Notes under the pieces: generated by a model | What the model was told of the DNA's origin: nothing | The model's input: only the letters and a program-made list of their open reading frames with translations | Databases searched by the model: none | Made by a program: the position numbers and the translations under genes | In this document: piece after piece, positions 32,788-40,145 of the stretch | Layout of the letters: every line of letters begins with the position of its first letter | Position numbering within the stretch: position 1 is the first letter of the stretch | IMG/VR virus record: IMGVR_UViG_3300021509_000003 | Source of the DNA: a virus | Reading direction: 5' to 3' (one strand) | DNA: 40,145 nucleotides

Positions 32788-35528
32788 GATAATAATTGCT
32801 CCTGTGGAGTTGGTGTTGGGGGAGGTGGTGAAGGTGGTTCAGGAGGCGGGACAACAGAAGGACAAAGGCTTACTTCAGCCTTTACCCAGTGGTGTTCAAG
32901 TGTAGTTTCTACAGCAAATCCTTCCTTTTCATGCATTAAAATCATATTTTTAAATTTAATGTTTCCATTCTCATCATAATTAAATATATCCTGCCAATAT
33001 TCTGGTTTTTTCTTCCAAACTAAACTTTCAAAAACAGCCGGGTAATAATATTGCCCATATCTAAAACACGGTTTGATATAACCTAACAAATTGCCTTCAT
33101 AATCAAAAAATAATGGTCCTTGATGCTTTTGTATATAGTTAGATTGAGACCCTAGCCATTCTTCATATTGCCAGATAGCTGCATATGGCCGTAATATAAA
33201 AAAGTCCCTCCCGCAATACCATAGACGCCATTCGTTAGAAGTTGGTTTATCCCCTGCCATGATTTGCGTTTCTGAAATCAAACTTAAGAATTCATCATAT
33301 TTCAATAACCACAAGCTTCCCGGATCTTTTCTAGCTAACATATATAAATATTCACCATCTGTGTTTAAAGAAAACACAGATTTATATTCATTTTTCAGCC
33401 AAGTACTTATTGGAATATGATATTGTTCATTTTCCCCGCCTGCCTGTCGGGCAGGGTTCCATATTATTGTCATTCCTGTTACTTCGTCTGTAATTGAGGA
33501 AGCAAAATAAAATATTTTTTCTTTTAGCTTAATTAGTGCAAAAGCAGGGTCATTTAACTCCTGGGCAGGAGGTTTATTTTCAATGTTTATTTCCCAAACA
33601 ACTTCTTTTTTCATTAAATCATAACAAAAAAGCTTCGGATTATCTGAATCTATATCAGCAAAACCAAAAGCTGATGTATTCTCCACAAAACTTATATTTC
33701 CAGGCAAATTAGGGAGGATTCCCCAGTCTGATGTGCTACTTTCTCCTATATATGATATAGCTTCCCATCCATTCCCAATTACAACCCTCAATGGGATTTG
33801 AAAATCTGCTTTCTGTAAGTCAGTTCGGGATTTTACTGCATAATCAACAAATTCAACACTGCATCTAATACCATCTTGAGCCAATGTCGTTGTTGAGGAG
33901 ACTCCACATAACACATTATCTGCAAAAGATAATGTAGTTTTAACACCCTCTAAATTTGGGATAGACAATAAAATTTGTGATATAAGTCCTTGTTTTTCGG
34001 CATTTAAATTAATTTTAGCCTGTATTGCCTTCCAATCTGTAGTATATTTTATGGCAAATGGCTGTTCTATATATCTTTCATAATCCGTTGTAATAGTAGT
34101 AGGGTCAACTAATTCATTATCAACAGCATTATCTTCCCAGGCCTCAGTAATTACAAAAGCCCTTTCTCCTACTTCATAGGCAGGTCTAAAATTACCTATA
34201 TATACTTTATGACAATCATATCTATCCCAACAAAAGCCCGTAAATCTTCGCTGCCCATATTGACTAGAGCTGTAATAATGCCAGATAGTGTGCCCATCTT
34301 CTAAATTAATATTGTAATCTTCAACAAAAAATTCTGTGCAATCTTGACATACAGCACTTCTATACAGCCCAATTCTAATTTCACCGTTTGAATTTCTTTT
34401 AAATAAATCAATACCAATTGCTTCTTCTGTCCCACCAACCTTAAAAGTCTTTCCATCTACAGCTATTTCTTCCCCATCCGTATTAACAGGCATATTTTTG
34501 ACCCATTCAAATTGCTCTTTTTCTTTGTCATACAGAGCAAGTCGAGTTTGGGCAGGATTGCCATATCGCCATGCATATACAATATATTTATCACAAGCAC
34601 TGATATGTATTTCTGAGACATATTCTCCCCATATTTCATCAAGCGGCGGAGAACAAGCCACTCCTTCCTTGTCCTGCATAATATCAAGCGTAATTTTTGA
34701 AGCTACACCATCTTCGGCAAATGCAGCTTTTGAAGCCACACCATCTTCAGCAAAAGAACATTTACAGGGGATTAAAGATTGATAGCAAGGCGCCAGAAAG
34801 GTTGAAGCTTTTATTCCTGCTGTTTTTTCTATATTTGTGTCATCTGTTTTGTATGAATATACCTGCTGGGGCCGATAACTTCCTTTTGCACATATTAATA
34901 CATCTACTCTTTTTTGACTAAGTGCCACATCTACAGCATGATAATCTGCATTATTAAACTTCTCCTCAACAATTGTTTTCTTTAGATTGCCTTCTAAGTC
35001 ATAAATAAAAACAATCCTTCTATTTGGCTCTAAAATTGCGATTTCTTGATTTTCAGGGTCATAATCATATCTTGCCAATCTAGCAAAATATTCAAGCGCT
35101 CCTGAATGATATAACTGTTCTTGATATGTATAATTGGTCCCTTGTTGTTTTTTCCATTTCGTAATCGCCCCAAAATTTGAAAGAGTATAAAGATAATCAT
35201 TTCTATAAAGATAGTCAGGCTCCTTAAGATGGTCACAGTTTGTTTTTGTGCCATTTATACCTGTAGATAAAAGTAGAGCATCACCTTTTACGCCTGATTT
35301 CCCTACATTCAAAAGATAGCAGCTAGATTTTGCTGCCTCAACCAATATATATGTATGTGATTTTACACCAGAATAAACAGAAGGAAGAACAAGTATTGCT
35401 TGTGATTTTACGCCTTGTCTTTTACTTTCACCTTCACTGAGAGTGCAAAAGTATCCTTTATATTTTCTCTTTGTTCTTTCTCCAATGCGAGCCTTTTTAT
35501 TAGCCTGTATTCCTTCATATTCTGCCAT
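32784..35528 (-). CDS. Large tail fibre/host-specificity candidate
   Basis: 914-aa Trp/Tyr-rich ORF, the largest in the tail block; Pro-rich C-terminus, internal 11-aa tandem repeat, and an in-frame palindrome copy at 33439-33455. Confidence 0.45.
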   Translation of the reverse strand: MAEYEGIQANKKARIGERTKRKYKGYFCTLSEGESKRQGVKSQAILVLPSVYSGVKSHTYILVEAAKSSCYLLNVGKSGVKGDALLLSTGINGTKTNCDHLKEPDYLYRNDYLYTLSNFGAITKWKKQQGTNYTYQEQLYHSGALEYFARLARYDYDPENQEIAILEPNRRIVFIYDLEGNLKKTIVEEKFNNADYHAVDVALSQKRVDVLICAKGSYRPQQVYSYKTDDTNIEKTAGIKASTFLAPCYQSLIPCKCSFAEDGVASKAAFAEDGVASKITLDIMQDKEGVACSPPLDEIWGEYVSEIHISACDKYIVYAWRYGNPAQTRLALYDKEKEQFEWVKNMPVNTDGEEIAVDGKTFKVGGTEEAIGIDLFKRNSNGEIRIGLYRSAVCQDCTEFFVEDYNINLEDGHTIWHYYSSSQYGQRRFTGFCWDRYDCHKVYIGNFRPAYEVGERAFVITEAWEDNAVDNELVDPTTITTDYERYIEQPFAIKYTTDWKAIQAKINLNAEKQGLISQILLSIPNLEGVKTTLSFADNVLCGVSSTTTLAQDGIRCSVEFVDYAVKSRTDLQKADFQIPLRVVIGNGWEAISYIGESSTSDWGILPNLPGNISFVENTSAFGFADIDSDNPKLFCYDLMKKEVVWEINIENKPPAQELNDPAFALIKLKEKIFYFASSITDEVTGMTIIWNPARQAGGENEQYHIPISTWLKNEYKSVFSLNTDGEYLYMLARKDPGSLWLLKYDEFLSLISETQIMAGDKPTSNEWRLWYCGRDFFILRPYAAIWQYEEWLGSQSNYIQKHQGPLFFDYEGNLLGYIKPCFRYGQYYYPAVFESLVWKKKPEYWQDIFNYDENGNIKFKNMILMHEKEGFAVETTLEHHWVKAEVSLCPSVVPPPEPPSPPPPTPTPQEQLLS
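34697..34762. repeat. Two tandem 33-bp units inside the 914-aa gene
   Basis: tgaagctacaccatcttcggcaaa... repeated with about 3 mismatches; encodes SKAAFAEDGVA twice. Confidence 0.6.
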
Positions 35529-35689
35529 TTATGCAAATCTCGTTATATATGCCCTATATCCTTTTAAATCTCTCTTTGTTCTTTCTCCAATACGAGCCTT
35601 TTTATTTGCTCGCAACCCATCAAAATTGCGAGCAGCTCTTTTACCACAGCAAGTTTTTTTATCAGCTCTTAATCCTTTATATTCTGCCA

Positions 35690-36691
35690 TCAGACTGTCC
35701 TAGGAATAACTATAACATAATCACTTGTGCCTATAACAAACACATCATATGTCTTCCCGTCATAAGTAATAGTATCTTCAGACACAACTGATTGCTTACT
35801 CTTATCAAAAGTAAAAATATATTTTAAATATCCCAGCATTTCTTCATATGAAGCATTGTTGTTTACTATAGCTATCGGGAAAAAGTATCTTCTACCACTG
35901 TATCTATGTGCATTGTCAATATATCCTTCTAGTTGAGGGTCAATACCTTCATGGGTTCTTACATAATAGTTTATCCCAGGCGTACCATCGTAATAAAACT
36001 GTTGAAACAATGCATTGGTTTTAGAACCATCAAGGTTACTTACAGAAATAACATTTGGTATAGGGTCTTCTCCTACCCTTGCCCCTGAACCATACGAATT
36101 ATCCAAATGCTCAAATGTAATTGTATTTCCAGAAATGCTGCTTATTTTAGCCCGTTCACAATTTGTATCATCCATAATGAGATACCATTCACCTTCTGAA
36201 AGACAACTTGCATCATCTACATCTACAGAAACATTATCACCACTACTAACAGCAGCCTGTGTGGTTGTATAATCTTTGTTATATACTGTGTCATAACGCC
36301 CGCCATAGAAACAATAATATGTAGTGCCTACTTTAGTGATTACTTTTATATGGTCTTTATCTCCATATAACCAACAGATATGAGTGCTACCAGAAGAATA
36401 AATATAGCTATATGTTACTTTTCCGCTTTGTTTTTTCCCGGTATGAGTTCCATTATCCCAGCTCAAAAACTGCAATACCTCAATTCTGTGCGATGAAGTA
36501 TTTTTCCTGAATTTCATGCATAATTTCCCTTTACCATCCTCTCCTGAACTAGTAACTACAAAATAATCACTCCCGCTTCTCTGGTCGTCATGGTCAGTCC
36601 AGCCTAATGTTGTAACTAAAAAATCATGCAATTTATCAAGTAAATCACTTTCATTGTTAACTGTTTGATTTAATAAATTTGAATATGCCAT
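35690..36691 (-). CDS. Tail structural protein (hypothetical)
   Basis: 333-aa ORF in the distal tail block. Confidence 0.4.
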   Translation of the reverse strand: MAYSNLLNQTVNNESDLLDKLHDFLVTTLGWTDHDDQRSGSDYFVVTSSGEDGKGKLCMKFRKNTSSHRIEVLQFLSWDNGTHTGKKQSGKVTYSYIYSSGSTHICWLYGDKDHIKVITKVGTTYYCFYGGRYDTVYNKDYTTTQAAVSSGDNVSVDVDDASCLSEGEWYLIMDDTNCERAKISSISGNTITFEHLDNSYGSGARVGEDPIPNVISVSNLDGSKTNALFQQFYYDGTPGINYYVRTHEGIDPQLEGYIDNAHRYSGRRYFFPIAIVNNNASYEEMLGYLKYIFTFDKSKQSVVSEDTITYDGKTYDVFVIGTSDYVIVIPRTV

Positions 36692-36701
36692 TATTGCCTC
36701 C

Positions 36702-37049
36702 TTACCTGCCTGTTCCCTGCCCGACTGGCAGGCGGGGGCAGACAGGCTTGCCTAGTTTTAAAACATTTTTATATGGAAAATATGAAAGACTATAAAAGAC
36801 CTCAAGCACTTTCTCTCCTTTAAATATGTATCCCCTAACACTATCTCCGAACACTCCTCCAAATTCCACTCCTATTATTTGTCCTTTTCCACCCATACTT
36901 GCTATTGCATGCCTTACAAAATAATAGCTATCTGCATTCGTGATTTTTTTGCCATTTAGTTCAAGCTCAACAATAGGTTTAGAAATATCAGGAAAATAAC
37001 CATCTTTTTCTGTCCATACACTACCATCTATTAACGTTGCTTTCCACAT
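36702..37049 (-). CDS. Hypothetical tail protein
   Basis: 115-aa ORF with AAGGAG RBS; its last 12 codons run through the palindromic element. Confidence 0.4.
   Translation of the reverse strand: MWKATLIDGSVWTEKDGYFPDISKPIVELELNGKKITNADSYYFVRHAIASMGGKGQIIGVEFGGVFGDSVRGYIFKGEKVLEVFYSLSYFPYKNVLKLGKPVCPRLPVGQGTGR
36704..36752 (-). repeat. Composite GC-rich palindromic element (paralogue of 9584-9637)
   Basis: Contains cctgcccgactggcagg (36716-36732); flanks parallel those of 9584-9637. Confidence 0.6.
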
Positions 37050-37062
37050 ATTTTTTCTCCTT

Positions 37063-37105
37063 CCTGCCCCCGACTATCGGCAAGTTATGTTACCCAAAGG
37101 GCAGG
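37063..37105 (-). repeat. GC-rich inverted repeat CCTGCCC...GGGCAGG spanning the stop of 37085-37708
   Basis: cctgccc (37063-37069) and gggcagg (37099-37105), with inner palindrome ccgactatcgg. Confidence 0.5.
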
Positions 37106-37708
37106 GTTATCCAATGTTCCTTCAGCTGGTTTATGCAGCACTATATTGTCTGAGCTACAATTTGCATCAGCTGGTTTCAATGTATTACCACTGCTCCCCG
37201 GTGTTAGCTGTGTCCATACCGGTGTGTCTTCTGTTCCTCCAGCACTAGCGTCATTAAAATACCATGTTAGTGTCGGCGCTGCTCCAGAATAACTATATCT
37301 AACAAATATCACACAATCTAAATCAGCAGGCACGCTGGCATCATAAGGTATTTCCCAACAGAGATTAAATCGAACACTTTCATTTTGTCCTGGTGCAGCA
37401 GCGGATAAATTTACATAACTATCACTTCCCTTTAATCTGTTTGCCGTGGCTCCACCTGCTGTAGCATTTGCAGGCTTCCAATCGGCATTTGAAGGCGGAT
37501 TATCAGTAGTAGCTACAGCGCATAACATAGGTTTATTCCCATTTCCAGCAGTCCCAGTGAAAATTTCATGATTAGTGCTATTAACATTAAAGTCGTCCCA
37601 TGCTTCCAGTTTGGGCGGTTCTGCCAGTGCTTCTGAAAACTGCACCCGAAGAACATTTTGTGCCGTGCTGTTATTTCCTGCTCCTTTTACTTCGCTTGGT
37701 ATTGCCAT
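37085..37708 (-). CDS. Virion structural protein (hypothetical)
   Basis: 207-aa Ala/Gly/Thr/Asn-rich ORF with strong RBS (GGGAGGA); flanked by hairpin elements on both sides. Confidence 0.4.
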   Translation of the reverse strand: MAIPSEVKGAGNNSTAQNVLRVQFSEALAEPPKLEAWDDFNVNSTNHEIFTGTAGNGNKPMLCAVATTDNPPSNADWKPANATAGGATANRLKGSDSYVNLSAAAPGQNESVRFNLCWEIPYDASVPADLDCVIFVRYSYSGAAPTLTWYFNDASAGGTEDTPVWTQLTPGSSGNTLKPADANCSSDNIVLHKPAEGTLDNPALWVT

Positions 37709-37720
37709 TTTAATCCTCCC

Positions 37721-37760
37721 CGCCTGCCTGCCTGCCAGTTGGGCAGGTTAAGCAGGCCTT
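37721..37760 (-). repeat. GC-rich palindrome CCTGCC-agttg-GGCAGG between tail genes
   Basis: cctgccagttgggcagg at 37731-37747, preceded by gcctgcctg. Confidence 0.55.
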
Positions 37761-37762
37761 AG

Positions 37763-38086
37763 CTATTCTAAAATTATCAGGCTTGCCCCACCATCTCTAA
37801 AATCAGTGATAGGGGGTAATTCTTTTATTGACAGACTTAAAAAATATACATTATAATTTCTTCCATAAATATCAGTATATGTTGTTTTTTTTGCTACTTT
37901 GCTTTTTAAAGTATCCATATCACTTTTTTTAATCCTAAAAGATATATCAATTCTTTTTTTTGCTTTCTCTGCATATTGCACAACAGTTGAACCACAAACC
38001 AATTCGTGTTCTGTTGCTTCCCCCTCCAGTCCCTCATCAATTGTCTTTACATCATATATAGACACACCAGCCAATGTAGCAATCAT
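37763..38086 (-). CDS. Hypothetical tail protein
   Basis: 107-aa ORF. Confidence 0.4.
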   Translation of the reverse strand: MIATLAGVSIYDVKTIDEGLEGEATEHELVCGSTVVQYAEKAKKRIDISFRIKKSDMDTLKSKVAKKTTYTDIYGRNYNVYFLSLSIKELPPITDFRDGGASLIILE

Positions 38087-38512
38087 TTACACCTCTGTAA
38101 TAGATACAAAATTTCCGCCTTCCTGTCTGAACCGTGCTATAAAAGGCAATTTTAACCAATCTTCTGAAACTACATCAGTAGATGCATCAGGCTTCAATAT
38201 AGCAGGCCCTTCAATTTTTATAGAAGAGCCTTTCAGGTAAGAAGAAACAAATTTGAATGTGCATTTTTTTGGTTTTTCCATTAAAAAATCCTGCCATCTT
38301 GAAACAGACAGTTTATCAACACTGAATCGCAATCTTACATCCGTCGCCCGAGCCACTTCATCTTCAAGCCTCATTATATATTTACCGTTGATATTAACTG
38401 GTTTTTTTATTTCTTCTGTTTCAAAATCAATTTCTAACACACAATCTACAGCTTCTCCCCAATTTTCTTCATCTATATATATTTCACCTCCACCTAAACA
38501 AAATGCAGCCAC
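38087..38512 (-). CDS. Hypothetical tail protein immediately after tape measure
   Basis: 141-aa ORF; GTG start overlapping the tape measure stop. Confidence 0.4.
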   Translation of the reverse strand: MAAFCLGGGEIYIDEENWGEAVDCVLEIDFETEEIKKPVNINGKYIMRLEDEVARATDVRLRFSVDKLSVSRWQDFLMEKPKKCTFKFVSSYLKGSSIKIEGPAILKPDASTDVVSEDWLKLPFIARFRQEGGNFVSITEV

Positions 38513-40145
38513 TATGTTCCCCCTCTTGCCTGATACAACTCAAATTCTTCTGATAGCCGTTCCATCAAGTTTTGCATCCGCATAGGCATATTTTTTGTGA
38601 TATTGCCAATATGAAGATGGAAATTTTTTTGCATACTTTGTGGGCCTGCCATTGGAAAAGAAAAAGAAGGAGAAAGATGTGGTAAATTGAATCTCAATGT
38701 TAAGTCTTTTACTCCGCTTATAGCAGTTATTTTTTGGCCAACATCACGCAGAGTTTCAGATATAGGCCTTATTGGAGATGCTCTCCCTTTTATATCAATA
38801 ATAACTTCCTGGTTTTTTATTTCTTTTAATTTGGCTTTAAGTTCTTCTATTTTAGCTTTTGCTTTATTTATATCTGCATCTATTTCAGTTAATGTTTTCT
38901 TTTTAGACAATTCATCTAATTGTCCTTTTATATTTGCTAATTTTTCTTCATACTTTTTAAGTTGTGCATTTAAATCCTCTGTATTTTTTTGTTGAGTTGC
39001 AAGATTTTCCTCGGCCTTTGCCTTCATTTCTTCATGTATGCGGAGTAGCAAATTGCCTGCATCCTGCACCCCTCTTTCTGCCTCTTCCTGGTCTTTTAGA
39101 CCCTCAGCTATGTTTTGTGCTTCCTGGGCCAATTTAGCTGCCTTTTCCAGTGAACCCCCATAATATGCCTCAGCTGCTGCGGCCAGTTTCTCTTGATATT
39201 GTCTTTGTCTATCCAGGGCACGTTCTTCTTCAGACATACCTCTTTGGCGAATAGCATGGATTTTATCCTGGGTAGTCTGAACGATATTTTCAATGGCTTC
39301 CTGTTGCTTCTTAACTTCTGCAGCATATTGTTTTTCAAGTTGTATGGCAGCATTATATTTTTGTCTAATGGTTCTAATAAGGCTTTGAATATTTTTTTCT
39401 TCTTCCTTTATTGCCCCCTGACGCAACTTTCCTAACTGATTTAATTCTTGTTGTGCCTGCTTTAATTCATTTGAGGCTTGCACTAGTTGTTTTTGATTTT
39501 GAGTAAGTTTTTGAGCACTCTCAGCCGCTTTTTCAAATGGGTCCTTTTCCATTTCTTCAGCCAAATCCGTCAGCATTTCTTCGCCAAGACGATCAAGTTC
39601 CTCCAATTCTTTCTTGAGACGGCCAATGCCACCCTTAAAGCCTGTCTTCAACCAATTGGCAATTATTTTAAATTTTTCTATCCAGGTAGCAAATTTTATT
39701 CCAAGAGCTTTTACTCCCCAAAACATTGGAGTAATTACATTTTTTAAAAACCAATTAGCAGCACTTGTGACTTCTTGCAGTGCTGGCAATAATGCTTCAC
39801 CTAAACGAGCTTTAAAGATTTTGATTTCCTGATTTAATTTAGCCTGTTGACCTTGAAATTCACCTGCCATTTTGGCTGCATTACCAACCATTGGCTCAGT
39901 TTCTTGCAGAATACCTAAATATTCTGCTTGCCTTTTTTCGGCTAAAGTCAATTGCCCTACGGTCTTGCCTATTTTTTCTGCATATTCCTTCCACATTACT
40001 GAAACATTTTTAGTGACGCCTGCATTGTCCACCAAAATTGAATTTTCATTTTTAAGACCTTCAGTAGCGGACACAATAGCCTCAGCCATAGACAAATGGC
40101 CTTGCCTATTGACTGCTGCTGCATCTTTTAATCTATTTAACAAAG
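38512..40145 (-). CDS. Tail tape measure protein, C-terminal part (continues into 1-587)
   Basis: Long Ala/Gln/Lys/Glu-rich coiled-coil protein, open at the window edge, followed by distal tail genes. Confidence 0.75.
   Translation of the reverse strand, partial: LLNRLKDAAAVNRQGHLSMAEAIVSATEGLKNENSILVDNAGVTKNVSVMWKEYAEKIGKTVGQLTLAEKRQAEYLGILQETEPMVGNAAKMAGEFQGQQAKLNQEIKIFKARLGEALLPALQEVTSAANWFLKNVITPMFWGVKALGIKFATWIEKFKIIANWLKTGFKGGIGRLKKELEELDRLGEEMLTDLAEEMEKDPFEKAAESAQKLTQNQKQLVQASNELKQAQQELNQLGKLRQGAIKEEEKNIQSLIRTIRQKYNAAIQLEKQYAAEVKKQQEAIENIVQTTQDKIHAIRQRGMSEEERALDRQRQYQEKLAAAAEAYYGGSLEKAAKLAQEAQNIAEGLKDQEEAERGVQDAGNLLLRIHEEMKAKAEENLATQQKNTEDLNAQLKKYEEKLANIKGQLDELSKKKTLTEIDADINKAKAKIEELKAKLKEIKNQEVIIDIKGRASPIRPISETLRDVGQKITAISGVKDLTLRFNLPHLSPSFSFPMAGPQSMQKNFHLHIGNITKNMPMRMQNLMERLSEEFELYQARGGT
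40019..40145. repeat. Terminal direct repeat, copy 2; identical to 1-127
   Basis: Exact 127-bp identity with the window start. Confidence 0.95.

Overview
The window is a complete, circularly closed genome of about 40.0 kb from a temperate tailed phage (or excised prophage): bases 1-127 are identical to 40019-40145, leaving 40,018 unique bp. The DNA is visibly AT-rich, nearly every gene is on the minus strand, and many starts carry GGAGG-type ribosome-binding sites. Reading the minus strand in transcription order: a divergent repressor/Cro-like switch (24050-24784 plus, 23753-23986 minus); early and replication genes (23760 down to 18580) including a complete tRNA-Ser(UGA); a ParB-like protein, small terminase and lambda gpA-type large terminase (15476-17317); four small ORFs; gpW-like protein and lambda-family portal; a single 785-aa ORF fusing prohead protease, coiled-coil scaffold and major capsid protein; neck genes; an accessory enzyme block (secreted CE4 deacetylase, LamG protein, permuted-papain peptidase, S1 serine protease, lipoprotein, metallophosphoesterase); a tape-measure gene that crosses the linearisation point (587 -> 1/40145 -> 38512); distal tail and fibre genes (38512 down to 28277); and a lysogeny module ending in a tyrosine integrase (24989-26014) beside a tRNA-like attP candidate. 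No CRISPR array or recognisable named defence system was found. The most unusual signals are a 40-bp exact repeat that is a perfect TTGACA-17-TATAAT promoter present twice, a family of GC-rich CCTGCC-N4-5-GGCAGG palindromes both between and inside late genes, and an att candidate carrying the 5' half of a tRNA with its own promoter. All protein calls rest on motifs read by eye, not database searches.
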